Source: a virus. Taken from it: a stretch of 64,000 nt of DNA. Every line of letters starts with the position of its first letter. Position 1 is the first letter of the stretch. The position numbers and the translations under genes were made by a program. Location of the stretch: positions 32,001-96,000 of IMG/VR virus record IMGVR_UViG_3300045988_126550; one strand, written 5' to 3'. The notes beneath the pieces are model-generated. The model saw only the letters and a program-made list of their open reading frames with translations. It was not told where the DNA came from and ran no database searches. Positions 9,185 to 18,163 of this stretch are shown here, in pieces.

Positions 9185-9466
9185 ATGAAAATTGTTAGAA
9201 ATGGAAACGAATTTGAACTTACAAAAGACGAACTTTATACGGCATATCTAGAACGAGAGCACGAATTTGACAGAGATACTTGTTTATGTTACATTGATGA
9301 ACATTTTAGCGACGATGAATGGTATGGCGAAAAGAGCTATGACGACATTATGCAGTTGACTGATAAAATGGCATATGAGTATCGAAGGTATGTGAATAAG
9401 TATTTAGATGAGGATTTCGCGCTATCCAATGCATGGGATTGTATTAAGGGAACAATACAAAATTAA
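9185..9466 (+). CDS. hypothetical protein
   Basis: 93-aa ORF. Its last codons (IQN-stop) are supplied by a leader-motif copy. Confidence 0.7.
   Translation: MKIVRNGNEFELTKDELYTAYLEREHEFDRDTCLCYIDEHFSDDEWYGEKSYDDIMQLTDKMAYEYRRYVNKYLDEDFALSNAWDCIKGTIQN
9456..9466 (+). promoter_or_regulatory. leader motif TACAAAATTAA (exact)
   Basis: 12 nt upstream of ATG 9479. Overlaps the last codons and the stop of the upstream ORF. Confidence 0.55.
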
Positions 9467-9478
9467 GGAGGAACGGAA

Positions 9479-10228
9479 ATGAAAATATTTGCAGTATCAG
9501 ATATTCATTCATTTTATACGCCCATGAAAGAAGCGCTTGATAAAGCTGAATTTGAGTCTGGGAATGAGCAACAGTTGCTAGTGATTTGTGGAGATTGCTT
9601 TGATAGGGGCGATGAAAGTCAACAGGTCTTAGATTATTTAATGAATGTGCCAAATAAGGTACTTGTCAAAGGCAATCACGAGAGCCTTTTCGAAGAGTTT
9701 TGTCAGCGCCGCTATCCTATGTCTCATGACTGGTCAAATGGTACGGCAAAAACTATTATGGATTTGGCTCCAGAAGCAAAAAACTGGGATGTCGCTTGCA
9801 TGGTTGCAATTGAAAAGATGAAACCGCTGCTAGATCAAATGGTTGATTACTATGAAACAGAAAACTATATATTCGTGCATAGCTTCGTTGCCCTAAAGTG
9901 CAATGATAATTATCCCGTATATTATATAAGAAATAGAAAGTTTGAGTATAATCCAGATTGGAGAACTGCTCATGCTTCTGCTTGGGAAACTGCAAGATGG
10001 GGAAATCCTTTCAAACTTGCAGATGATGGTCTAAATAAAACAGGCAAAACAATCGTGCATGGGCATTTTCACAACAGCTATGGTTGGGCGGCAAAAGGAA
10101 TTGGAAGTGAATTTGGAGAAGATGCCTGCTTTGATATTTGTAAACATGATGGATGTATCGGACTAGATTCATGTTGCGCTTACACGCACAAAGTAAATAT
10201 ACTTGTGATTGAAGATAATTTAATTTGA
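9479..10228 (+). CDS. calcineurin-like metallophosphoesterase
   Basis: Motifs VSDIH, GDCFDRGD, GNHE and HGHFH. Confidence 0.85.
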   Translation: MKIFAVSDIHSFYTPMKEALDKAEFESGNEQQLLVICGDCFDRGDESQQVLDYLMNVPNKVLVKGNHESLFEEFCQRRYPMSHDWSNGTAKTIMDLAPEAKNWDVACMVAIEKMKPLLDQMVDYYETENYIFVHSFVALKCNDNYPVYYIRNRKFEYNPDWRTAHASAWETARWGNPFKLADDGLNKTGKTIVHGHFHNSYGWAAKGIGSEFGEDACFDICKHDGCIGLDSCCAYTHKVNILVIEDNLI

Positions 10229-10241
10229 AAGGAAATTAATT

Positions 10242-10616
10242 ATGAAAAACTGGTGGAAGAATCCTGTACTACAGGGAGAAGACAATGACTATGGTCAGTA
10301 TGATTATCTTATTGAAGAGCTTCCACATGACGAAGCCAATTGGGAGTGGTATTACAGGAAGTGTGATACTTGCGGGAAATATCATAGGTTGAATTTTTAT
10401 TCCAACCATTACTTTTACACATATGATGGCTGGGATTCGTTGGATTATGCTGATTGTTGGAAGTGCAGATTTGAGGATAAGGTTTGGAGCATCAAGAATA
10501 AAATTAAAAAGGAAATTAAAGCTCATAAGCTGGCGTTTTCTCTGCTGAATAGAAAGCATTCTGTTAAGAGAAATCTTGAGTATTATAAACTTGGGCTTAA
10601 GGTTGCAAAGGGTTAA
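10242..10616 (+). CDS. hypothetical protein
   Basis: 124-aa ORF with a GAAAGGAAA RBS. Confidence 0.7.
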   Translation: MKNWWKNPVLQGEDNDYGQYDYLIEELPHDEANWEWYYRKCDTCGKYHRLNFYSNHYFYTYDGWDSLDYADCWKCRFEDKVWSIKNKIKKEIKAHKLAFSLLNRKHSVKRNLEYYKLGLKVAKG

Positions 10617-10653
10617 TGAAATAATATATAATAAATATAATTTGAGGTGTAAA

Positions 10654-10839
10654 ATGGAAAAGATTATTGAGATTACGGAACTGCACGAAGGAAGTAGTTG
10701 TTTGGTGTGTGGGGAAAAGGCAGAAAAGAAAATTAAGTTCAATCGCATCGGACTTGGATATTATGATGTAATTATAAGCTTTAATATTTGTTCTAAATGT
10801 TTAGAGCAAATGAAAAATGAAATTGAGACTCGTGAATAA
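10654..10839 (+). CDS. small zinc-ribbon-like hypothetical protein
   Basis: Internal ATG preceded by GAGGTG. CLVCG...CSKC. A terminator follows. Confidence 0.6.
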   Translation: MEKIIEITELHEGSSCLVCGEKAEKKIKFNRIGLGYYDVIISFNICSKCLEQMKNEIETRE

Positions 10840-10852
10840 CGGGTCTCTTTTT
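10825..10852 (+). terminator. rho-independent terminator
   Basis: GAGACTC-gtgaataac-GGGTCTC followed by TTTTT. Overlaps the end of the upstream gene. Confidence 0.65.
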
Positions 10853-10871
10853 AATTGAAAGGAGATTAATT

Positions 10872-11393
10872 ATGAAACATATTATCAAAAAAGGATATAA
10901 GTTATTTGAAATGAGGGATGACAATAAATTATTTCCTCTTTTTATTTCTAAGACTACAGAAACACCAATGCATGAATGGGTTATGGCGGAAATAGTTGAA
11001 TATCACCCTCAGTTTGCACATCGTCCGGGGTGGCATTTGGGTGCGGTAAGCCCTTCTGCTCCATGGCTTATGTCTGCAAATGGAACTTATAAAAGCCAAA
11101 GAGGAAAGCGCTTCAAAAGGGTTTGGTGTGAAGTAGAATATGTGGCAGATGTTGATTATACTTCTGTCGTAGAAAAACTTCCTAAAAAATGTTTTACAGA
11201 TAGACTACCAGATGGAGGATTCTATAATTTTAGAGAATCTGGAAATAGGCTTTGGGTAATTGCAGACAGGATTAGAGTTACAAAAATTCTTACGGAAAGT
11301 GAGAGAGTTAAAATTCTTAATGATATGAAGTATAACGAAGCAGAAGCATTTGAACCTTATCGTAAGGCAATGGAAAAGAGGATGGCGAGTTGA
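10872..11393 (+). CDS. hypothetical protein
   Basis: 173-aa ORF with a GAAAGGAGA RBS. Confidence 0.7.
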   Translation: MKHIIKKGYKLFEMRDDNKLFPLFISKTTETPMHEWVMAEIVEYHPQFAHRPGWHLGAVSPSAPWLMSANGTYKSQRGKRFKRVWCEVEYVADVDYTSVVEKLPKKCFTDRLPDGGFYNFRESGNRLWVIADRIRVTKILTESERVKILNDMKYNEAEAFEPYRKAMEKRMAS

Positions 11394-11412
11394 CGAAATA
11401 TTCTCAAAATTC

Positions 11413-11441
11413 TTGACAAAACAAAATTAATGTGGTAAGAT
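11413..11441 (+). promoter_or_regulatory. sigma-A-type promoter
   Basis: TTGACA-N17-TAAGAT. A motif variant lies inside the spacer. Confidence 0.5.
11420..11430 (+). promoter_or_regulatory. leader-motif variant AACAAAATTAA
   Basis: 29 nt upstream of ATG 11460. Confidence 0.4.
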
Positions 11442-11459
11442 TATCATAGAAAGGAAAGG

Positions 11460-11693
11460 ATGATTTGGGTGAAAACGTTATACGGATGTGAATCTGAAAA
11501 CTGTGCAGCTTATTGTAAATTGCATGGATGTTGTATGACGGTAAGGCAAATTAGAAAGAAGAATTGCCTACAAAAGCAATGTCATTATTTAGAAAAGATT
11601 GAAACACATGATTGGTGGAGACAGAGAGCGGTTACAAAGCAAAGACGAATTGACAGGAAAGAAAGATTATATGGAGGTATCAAAAATGTATAA
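11460..11693 (+). CDS. small basic Cys-rich hypothetical protein
   Basis: 77-aa ORF with an AAAGGAAAGG RBS, downstream of a promoter. Confidence 0.55.
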   Translation: MIWVKTLYGCESENCAAYCKLHGCCMTVRQIRKKNCLQKQCHYLEKIETHDWWRQRAVTKQRRIDRKERLYGGIKNV

Positions 11694-12108
11694 AAAGGTA
11701 AAGTATAATGGAGAACCTGCATTTGTATACTATAACGCAAATCCAAAAGGAAAAAATACTGATGATTGTGTAATTAGAGCAATCGCAGCAGCAGAGGGAA
11801 GAGAATGGGTGGACGTGTTAAAGCAACTGACTGATTATGCAATTAAAACTGGGTATATGACAACAGCTGTAGAAAATTATACCATATATTTTAAGGAAAA
11901 CGGCTGGACAGAAAAATCACAGCCAAAGAAAGCGAATGGTAAAAAATATAAGGCATATGAATTTGCAAAAATTTATAACGGGAGATGTCTTGCTCATGTT
12001 GGAGTGCACCACATGAGCTATTTGTGTGATCATAGCTGGTACGATTCTTGGAACTGTACGGAAGGAGTCGTAGGGAAATATTGGGTTTATGAAGGAGAGA
12101 TTAAATGA
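11686..12108 (+). CDS. hypothetical protein
   Basis: Internal ATG of track ORF 11599..12108 with a GGAGGT RBS. 8-nt overlap with the upstream gene. Confidence 0.65.
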   Translation: MYKKVKYNGEPAFVYYNANPKGKNTDDCVIRAIAAAEGREWVDVLKQLTDYAIKTGYMTTAVENYTIYFKENGWTEKSQPKKANGKKYKAYEFAKIYNGRCLAHVGVHHMSYLCDHSWYDSWNCTEGVVGKYWVYEGEIK

Positions 12109-12536
12109 GCTATGCTAATCAGAATTTTAATGAATGGCTTGCAGATAAGCAATTGAGCGGAAGATACAAGACAAAATTATATCTTGATGGTGATATAGAA
12201 TGTCAAGCAGATCATAAAATCTATCATCTGAAAGGAATATATTATGTTGATTCAATGTATAATAATGGCGTTTACAGTTGCGTTAATGAAGATGGGATTG
12301 GAATAAGTGCAAAGCATAAAGATTTGGTTAGAATTGTTAAGCAAGTATATAACCAAAAGGATGTAGACAATTGGGTTAAATCTTCACGAGATAAAAATCA
12401 GTATGTAGATACTTTCAACGGAACGCTTTGGTATATCGTATTGATGATTTTAGTAAGCTTATTTAATGGAAGGATTGTAGGCTGGATATTCATTACGATT
12501 GTATATTTTATATGGAAATATCAAAAACATAATTAA
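12105..12536 (+). CDS. hypothetical protein with a C-terminal transmembrane segment
   Basis: ATGA overlap with the upstream gene. Hydrophobic C-terminus. Confidence 0.65.
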   Translation: MSYANQNFNEWLADKQLSGRYKTKLYLDGDIECQADHKIYHLKGIYYVDSMYNNGVYSCVNEDGIGISAKHKDLVRIVKQVYNQKDVDNWVKSSRDKNQYVDTFNGTLWYIVLMILVSLFNGRIVGWIFITIVYFIWKYQKHN

Positions 12537-12553
12537 TATTAAGGAGGTAAATT

Positions 12554-13534
12554 ATGAACGGAAGACTTGAAGCTGAATTAAATAAACAAAAGTTAATTAA
12601 AGACAAACTTAAATATTTGCCTAAAGTTTTCGAAGAATTTTATTATTACATGGAGGAAGATGATAGATCATATAATACTATTGAGCATTATATTGATTAT
12701 AATGTAGAATTTATGAACTATATTACAAACGGGAATAAAGATGAATATTATTATAAAAATGTAAATTCAACGCACATCAAACAATTTATTAGTTCACAAC
12801 GTACTAAAGAAATTAATGGAGAGCTGGTTAGAATCGGTGATAGCATTTTGGCTACAAAATTTTCAGCTATTAAAAAATTCTTTTCATTTTTAAGTGATTC
12901 TAATTATATTGATGAAAATCCGGTAGAAGGAGTTCGAAGACCAAAAGTTAAAACAGATCATACGGTTACATTTCTTGAAGAAAACGAAATCAATAAGTTG
13001 TTTTCAAACATTAAAACAATGGCAAATGAAAGATTATTAAATAGAGATTTATGTATGTTTTCTTTGTTTATTTCTACTGGTCTTAGAAAATCTGCATTAG
13101 TGCAGATCAATGTAGAAGATATCAATTTTAAGACAAATACAATTAAGGTAATTGAAAAAGGGAGAAAGGAAAGGTTAATTAGTTTTGGCGGAAATATGAG
13201 ACAGCTTTTATTAAACTGGATTCAAGATAGAAGAGATTATTTTAAAGTAGAAGAAAGTGGGCCATTATTTGTTTCTCAATGGAACAATAGAATGTCTACA
13301 AAAAATGTAGAAATGTTGTTGGCGAAGTATCTAGATGGCGTGAGCGATAAACATATCACAGTTCATAAACTTAGAGCAACTGCTGCAACTCAAATGGCAG
13401 CACATGATGTTCCAGTTCAGGTTATAAAGGAAATGTTGAATCATGAAAATGTTTCCACAACAATGAGATATGTTGCTGCAATTGACAGCCAGAAGCAAGA
13501 GGCAGTTAATATTCTTGATAGCATCGTGAAATAA
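12554..13534 (+). CDS. tyrosine recombinase / integrase (XerC/XerD-like)
   Basis: Catalytic-domain signatures GLRKSA, HKLRATAAT and LNHENVSTTMRY (R..H..R..Y pattern). Confidence 0.9.
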   Translation: MNGRLEAELNKQKLIKDKLKYLPKVFEEFYYYMEEDDRSYNTIEHYIDYNVEFMNYITNGNKDEYYYKNVNSTHIKQFISSQRTKEINGELVRIGDSILATKFSAIKKFFSFLSDSNYIDENPVEGVRRPKVKTDHTVTFLEENEINKLFSNIKTMANERLLNRDLCMFSLFISTGLRKSALVQINVEDINFKTNTIKVIEKGRKERLISFGGNMRQLLLNWIQDRRDYFKVEESGPLFVSQWNNRMSTKNVEMLLAKYLDGVSDKHITVHKLRATAATQMAAHDVPVQVIKEMLNHENVSTTMRYVAAIDSQKQEAVNILDSIVK

Positions 13535-13536
13535 TC

Positions 13537-13565
13537 TTGACTAAATTAATATTGTATTGTATAAT
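13537..13565 (+). promoter_or_regulatory. sigma-A-type promoter
   Basis: TTGACT-N17-TATAAT. Confidence 0.6.
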
Positions 13566-13591
13566 GTAAACCATAAGGGAGTGAAAAGGAG

Positions 13592-14479
13592 ATGTTTGAC
13601 AAAGAACAAAAAGAGGCATTTATAAAAGAATACTTGAAGAGTAAGGTAGTCGCAAAAACTAGCCTTTATGCGGTTTTCAGAAAGACAGAACCATTTGAAG
13701 AGAAGCTAAATAAGGATGCATCACAATTTACAAGGGAAGAAATATTGGATATGTTTGCGCAATTCAGAGCGAAATCTGTTAATTCGTTGCTAAATTACGC
13801 TATCATATTGAAGCATTATTCACGTTTAATGCGTGGAGAAAATGAATACGAGTCAATTGCAAAAGCAGATGTTGTAGATCTTATTGATAAAAGTGGAAGC
13901 ATATTATTAAGTAGAGAGGAACTTGATGATATTGAAGCACAACTTTTAAATTGGAGTGATAAAGCAATTGTTGAACTTCTTTGGGATGGTGTTTCAAGGC
14001 AAAGCATGAAAGACATATATGCCGTTTCTGAAGAATGTGTACATGGCGATATTCTTCGTATAAATGGAAAAGAATTTCAAATTAGCAAACGTTTAAAAGA
14101 ATTGTTGCCGAAGGCATTTGCTGAGACGGAAATCATGAGCTATGGAAATACAATGCGTATAATTGAGGTAGAAGGTAAAGGAAGGCTTTATAAAGCAAGA
14201 GCAAATACTAGGAATGTCGATTCTAATGACCAAAAATTCCGTTACTTTTATCGCCGTATTCAAATATTTAGAGAGTATTTGGACATTCCGGGTTTAACTA
14301 TGAAGAATCTGAGTGCATCAGGAATGTTCCATTATCTTCAACTTGGCATAAAGGAAACAGGTTTGACACTTAGAGAGTTTTTAAAAACAGCAAAAGGAAA
14401 AGAGTTAGCGATGCAATACGATTTTGCTGAAGACTATTATGTTGATACGATAGCACAGAAATACGAGCAATATATTTAA
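13592..14479 (+). CDS. hypothetical protein (weak resemblance to integrase N-terminal SAM-like domains)
   Basis: 295-aa ORF with its own promoter and a GGGAG..GGAG RBS. Function not recognised. Confidence 0.7.
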   Translation: MFDKEQKEAFIKEYLKSKVVAKTSLYAVFRKTEPFEEKLNKDASQFTREEILDMFAQFRAKSVNSLLNYAIILKHYSRLMRGENEYESIAKADVVDLIDKSGSILLSREELDDIEAQLLNWSDKAIVELLWDGVSRQSMKDIYAVSEECVHGDILRINGKEFQISKRLKELLPKAFAETEIMSYGNTMRIIEVEGKGRLYKARANTRNVDSNDQKFRYFYRRIQIFREYLDIPGLTMKNLSASGMFHYLQLGIKETGLTLREFLKTAKGKELAMQYDFAEDYYVDTIAQKYEQYI

Positions 14480-14509
14480 TTATGTTGCTCATTATTCAAA
14501 TACTTACAG

Positions 14510-14520
14510 TACAAAATTAA
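14510..14520 (+). promoter_or_regulatory. leader motif TACAAAATTAA (exact)
   Basis: Intergenic. The next start is 97 nt away, with a promoter in between. Confidence 0.45.
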
Positions 14521-14551
14521 TTAGAAATATATAGCAGGGGAACATTAGTTC

Positions 14552-14580
14552 TTGCATATTGTGGGTAAATATGTTAGAAT
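14552..14580 (+). promoter_or_regulatory. sigma-A-type promoter (extended -10)
   Basis: TTGCAT-N17-TAGAAT with TG upstream. Confidence 0.5.
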
Positions 14581-14617
14581 ATTTGTATAATTTTAGTAGC
14601 AAAAAGGGGAGTAAATC

Positions 14618-14869
14618 ATGGGACAAATACTTGAGGCATTAAGAGAAACAAAAGATAAAAATGTAGACATCTATACAGAGCATAAACTCTTCGGCAAGCA
14701 ACATATTCAAATGAAGTTTATACCAGAAACAGAAGCGGGATGGGGGTTCCGTGCACGTGGACAAGCAATCTATATTAATAAAGATGATGTTGTTTCATAT
14801 GATATTAACAACAGAAAGGTGGAAATTAAGGGAAAAATGATGAGTATAAAAATCATTTTAAGGTCTTGA
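14618..14869 (+). CDS. hypothetical protein
   Basis: 83-aa ORF with an AAGGGGAG RBS. Confidence 0.65.
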   Translation: MGQILEALRETKDKNVDIYTEHKLFGKQHIQMKFIPETEAGWGFRARGQAIYINKDDVVSYDINNRKVEIKGKMMSIKIILRS

Positions 14870-14893
14870 CAAATTGGAAATATGTGGTATAAT
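14866..14893 (+). promoter_or_regulatory. sigma-A-type promoter (extended -10)
   Basis: TTGACA-N16-TGgTATAAT. Confidence 0.6.
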
Positions 14894-14972
14894 AAGGGCA
14901 CGAGATAGGGGGTCTGGTGCCCTTGTAACTAACATATTTGCAGAAAGGGGGAAGCTGGATGTCGGTTTGGGC

Positions 14973-15185
14973 ATGAGCGTAAGTATGAGTGAGAAATATT
15001 ATTATCAGTGCCAACAATGCGGAGAAATACATGAAACACGTTTTGAATATAAAACAGAAGATGCGTTTGTTGATTTGTGGTGTGACGAATGTGAAACAGA
15101 AACTTCACAATTATATGTTGGAATGGATTTATTGGAAAAATATTTGTATATGAATCCAAATTTCGATGAGCGATTTTATTTATGA
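14973..15185 (+). CDS. small zinc-ribbon hypothetical protein
   Basis: The track ORF 14874..15185 starts upstream of the promoter -10, so an internal ATG (14973 or 14985) is more plausible. CQQCG...CDEC. Confidence 0.5.
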   Translation: MSVSMSEKYYYQCQQCGEIHETRFEYKTEDAFVDLWCDECETETSQLYVGMDLLEKYLYMNPNFDERFYL

Positions 15186-15194
15186 TTAACACAA

Positions 15195-15205
15195 TACAAA
15201 ATTAA
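15195..15205 (+). promoter_or_regulatory. leader motif TACAAAATTAA (exact)
   Basis: 19 nt upstream of ATG 15225. Confidence 0.55.
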
Positions 15206-15224
15206 TTTAAAAGGAGATATAATT

Positions 15225-16412
15225 ATGCCAGATACGTTTGAATTTTATGGAGAAATTAAGCCAATTAAGAAAACAGAAAAATTTGATCCAGTTACGAAGA
15301 CCGAGTATAAATCTGGGTGGTGCAACGTAACTACTAATTTTAATGTAGTAAGTGGATTTAACAGAGTAATGGTACAGGCAAAGGGTGGTATGTGGACTGA
15401 TCCGAAGAAGAATTCAGTAAAGACGTTCAGTAAAAGTACTACTGATGCAAATGGCAAGGTAACTAAGGGCCAGCCAATTACTATTGAATGGGACAAGAGA
15501 AGTTCTCAAGAGGAAATCGATAAGGTCGCTGGATTTAAGAAGTTTGTCGTAGATCTTGGTAATAAGAAGATGCGCTATGCACTACAGCATATTGTAGAGA
15601 GTGGAACTATTACTGATGAGCAGCAAATGGAAACAGGATGTGATACTGTAGAAGCTGCTAAGGAAGCTCTTGATAAGAGCAATAAGCGTAGACATGTATT
15701 TCTAGCAGAGTCAGATTTCGCAGAGTACTGTGCAAAAGTTGTTCAGTCTGATAAGATTGTTGGCAACAAATTCAAGATCACAGGTGATTACGAAGTTCAG
15801 TACAGTGCAGACAAGCAGAAGTTCTATACTAATTATCATGTTCGTAAAATCGAACTGATGGGCGCAGACGTAGAACAAAAGCTGCTTCTTAAGACTGAAT
15901 TTTATTTTGGTGCAGATTGTTGGGACGATAGCAGCTACGCTGAAAGCGAAAAGGTATTTGTAAACGGGTTTGTTAAGTATTACGACAGCAGCGTAAAGGA
16001 CTTTGGATTCAAACCTATGACAATTGTTGTAACTGGTACTGAGAAGAAGGTAAATGCACTCAAGAAGAAGTTTACGTGCGAAGATGGTGCAATTAAGTGC
16101 ATCGATCTAAATTTGGATGTCGTAGATGGGGCTGAGAGAAAGGAAATTCGTCTTGAAGATCTCGATGAAGAAGTAAGAGACGATATAGAAATGGGCTTAC
16201 TCAATTTTGAAACTGTTAAGAGAGAAATGGGCGGCGGTATTGCTGGGTCTAGAGTGAGCGAACTAAGATTTGCAGATCTTGGTAGTACTAAGGGAGCGCA
16301 GGAAACTGATTATACCGAGTACAATATGCATCCGGCTGTTGTGAAGGTTAAGGACGAAGACGAAGACGAAGACGAAGACGTTGATCTGTTCAGTGACGAT
16401 GACGAATTATAA
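15225..16412 (+). CDS. putative ssDNA-binding protein (acidic C-terminal tail)
   Basis: 395-aa ORF. It ends in DEDEDEDEDVDLFSDDDEL, typical of phage SSB tails, and sits in the replication neighbourhood. The fold was not verified. Confidence 0.55.
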   Translation: MPDTFEFYGEIKPIKKTEKFDPVTKTEYKSGWCNVTTNFNVVSGFNRVMVQAKGGMWTDPKKNSVKTFSKSTTDANGKVTKGQPITIEWDKRSSQEEIDKVAGFKKFVVDLGNKKMRYALQHIVESGTITDEQQMETGCDTVEAAKEALDKSNKRRHVFLAESDFAEYCAKVVQSDKIVGNKFKITGDYEVQYSADKQKFYTNYHVRKIELMGADVEQKLLLKTEFYFGADCWDDSSYAESEKVFVNGFVKYYDSSVKDFGFKPMTIVVTGTEKKVNALKKKFTCEDGAIKCIDLNLDVVDGAERKEIRLEDLDEEVRDDIEMGLLNFETVKREMGGGIAGSRVSELRFADLGSTKGAQETDYTEYNMHPAVVKVKDEDEDEDEDVDLFSDDDEL

Positions 16413-16436
16413 TGGAGATTAATTTCTCCCTTAAAA

Positions 16437-16447
16437 TACAAAATTAA
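16437..16447 (+). promoter_or_regulatory. leader motif TACAAAATTAA (exact)
   Basis: 43 nt upstream of ATG 16491. Confidence 0.5.
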
Positions 16448-16490
16448 TTTAAAAGATACAAAAAGAAAGGAAATAGCATTATGAGAGTTT

Positions 16491-18104
16491 ATGACATCAG
16501 GGGGAGTACATTTGGAAGAGGAAAAGACATATAAAGAATTTATACAGAATATTTTAGATACTCGTGGAAGATTTAATTGCGGAGATGGGTATCATGAGCG
16601 GCATCATATCTTACCTAAGTGTCTTGGTGGCGGAAATGAGGAAGAGAATCTAATTGATCTTTATGCTAAAGAACACTTTATAGCGCATAAGTTATTGGCA
16701 TTAGAAAATCCTGATAATAATGGGTTACAATATGCTTGGTGGGCTATGTCAAATATGAAGACTGAATTTACAAAAGAGAGATATCACGCATCCCCAGAGG
16801 AATATGAAGAAGCCAAAACAGCATTTAGCATAATGATGAGGGAAAAATCATGTATGCCTGTTGTTCAATTAGATTTACTTGGAAATTATATTTCAAAATA
16901 TAAAAGTTGTGCAGAAGCAGAGTTTATTCTTGGTATAGATAGCAGATATATTGTTGATTGTAAAAATCACAAAAGAGGACATGCTTGTGGTTTTATATTT
17001 ATTTCAGAAGATGAGTATGATTCAAACAAAAATTATAGATATAAATTTCCAGGAAGAGAAGTTGTTCAATTCGCCATTGATGGAAGTTATATTGCAACAT
17101 TTATTAATCCTCCTACTGCAGCAAGAGAAATTGGAGTTAATGTTGTGTCTATTAGGAGTTGTTGCTGTGAACAAGGTAATACTGCTGGTGGATTTAGATG
17201 GATGTATTTAGATGAATGGGATGGTAAAAAACTAAGTCCAATTGAATATGACTATAAAAATCAAAGGGCCATAGTCGATATAAAAAGAGAAACAATTCAA
17301 GTAAATAGATATGATAATAGAGGTAGATATATTTGCACATATGATAGTGTAAACGATGCAGCATTTGATGCAGGATGTGCATCTACAAATATTAGTCGCT
17401 GTTGTAGAGAAATTCATAAAATGATAGATAATTGCTATTGGAGATATACAAACGAATGTGACGGAGCAAATGATATTATTATAGAAACATATAAATATAA
17501 TCAACATAAGCCAGTGATTCAATTATCATTAGATGGAGAGTTTATTGCGGTATATAATTCTATGGTAGAGGCGGAACGGATCGCAGGAGTACCGGCAGGA
17601 TGTATTTCTGGATGCTGTTGTGGTACGCAATTTACAGCAGGTAATTATTTATGGGTATTAGCATCAGAATACGATAAAGGAAATATCCCAGTATATCATC
17701 CACGACAAACAGTTGCCGTTATTCAACTTGATAAAAACGGAACATTTGTTAGAAAATATAATTCAATAAAAGAAGCACAAGACGCAACCGGTGTCAATAG
17801 TTGCAATATTATTATATGCTGTCAAAAATCAAATTTATCGGCAGGTGGTTTTCAATGGATATATGAAAAAGATTACGATCCTAATAAAATATATCCGCCA
17901 GTTAAAGTTCACGAAAGAAGAGTTGTTAAACTAACAATTGATATGAAGTATATAGAAACATTTGATAGTGTTAGTTTGGCTGCTGCTTCTGTTGGGAAAA
18001 AATCTCCGGCAATTATCAGAAATTGCAAGCATCCACATCTTACGGCGTATGGCTTTAAATGGATGTACGAAGAAGATTATATAAAATTACTTACAGACAC
18101 TTGA
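16491..18104 (+). CDS. HNH homing endonuclease with repeated NUMOD-like DNA-binding modules
   Basis: N-terminal HERHHILPKCLGGG..NLI.L..KEH (HNH). About five repeats of the pattern A...G......C(C)....AGGF.W.Y follow. The start may be TTG at 16512. Confidence 0.8.
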   Translation: MTSGGVHLEEEKTYKEFIQNILDTRGRFNCGDGYHERHHILPKCLGGGNEEENLIDLYAKEHFIAHKLLALENPDNNGLQYAWWAMSNMKTEFTKERYHASPEEYEEAKTAFSIMMREKSCMPVVQLDLLGNYISKYKSCAEAEFILGIDSRYIVDCKNHKRGHACGFIFISEDEYDSNKNYRYKFPGREVVQFAIDGSYIATFINPPTAAREIGVNVVSIRSCCCEQGNTAGGFRWMYLDEWDGKKLSPIEYDYKNQRAIVDIKRETIQVNRYDNRGRYICTYDSVNDAAFDAGCASTNISRCCREIHKMIDNCYWRYTNECDGANDIIIETYKYNQHKPVIQLSLDGEFIAVYNSMVEAERIAGVPAGCISGCCCGTQFTAGNYLWVLASEYDKGNIPVYHPRQTVAVIQLDKNGTFVRKYNSIKEAQDATGVNSCNIIICCQKSNLSAGGFQWIYEKDYDPNKIYPPVKVHERRVVKLTIDMKYIETFDSVSLAAASVGKKSPAIIRNCKHPHLTAYGFKWMYEEDYIKLLTDT

Positions 18105-18128
18105 TAAATTCACAAAATATGATATTAT
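18101..18128 (+). promoter_or_regulatory. possible sigma-A-type promoter
   Basis: TTGATA-N16-TATTAT. Confidence 0.4.
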
Positions 18129-18133
18129 AACAA

Positions 18134-18144
18134 TACAAAATTAA
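18134..18144 (+). promoter_or_regulatory. leader motif TACAAAATTAA (exact)
   Basis: 19 nt upstream of ATG 18164. Confidence 0.55.
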
Positions 18145-18163
18145 TAGGAAGAAGGAAATTAAT

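Noticed and set aside
16353-16380. The (GACGAA) x ~4.7 tandem repeat.
   Set aside because: It lies inside the ORF and simply encodes the DEDEDEDED acidic tail of the SSB-like protein. There is no sign of a regulatory or variable-number role from this single sequence.
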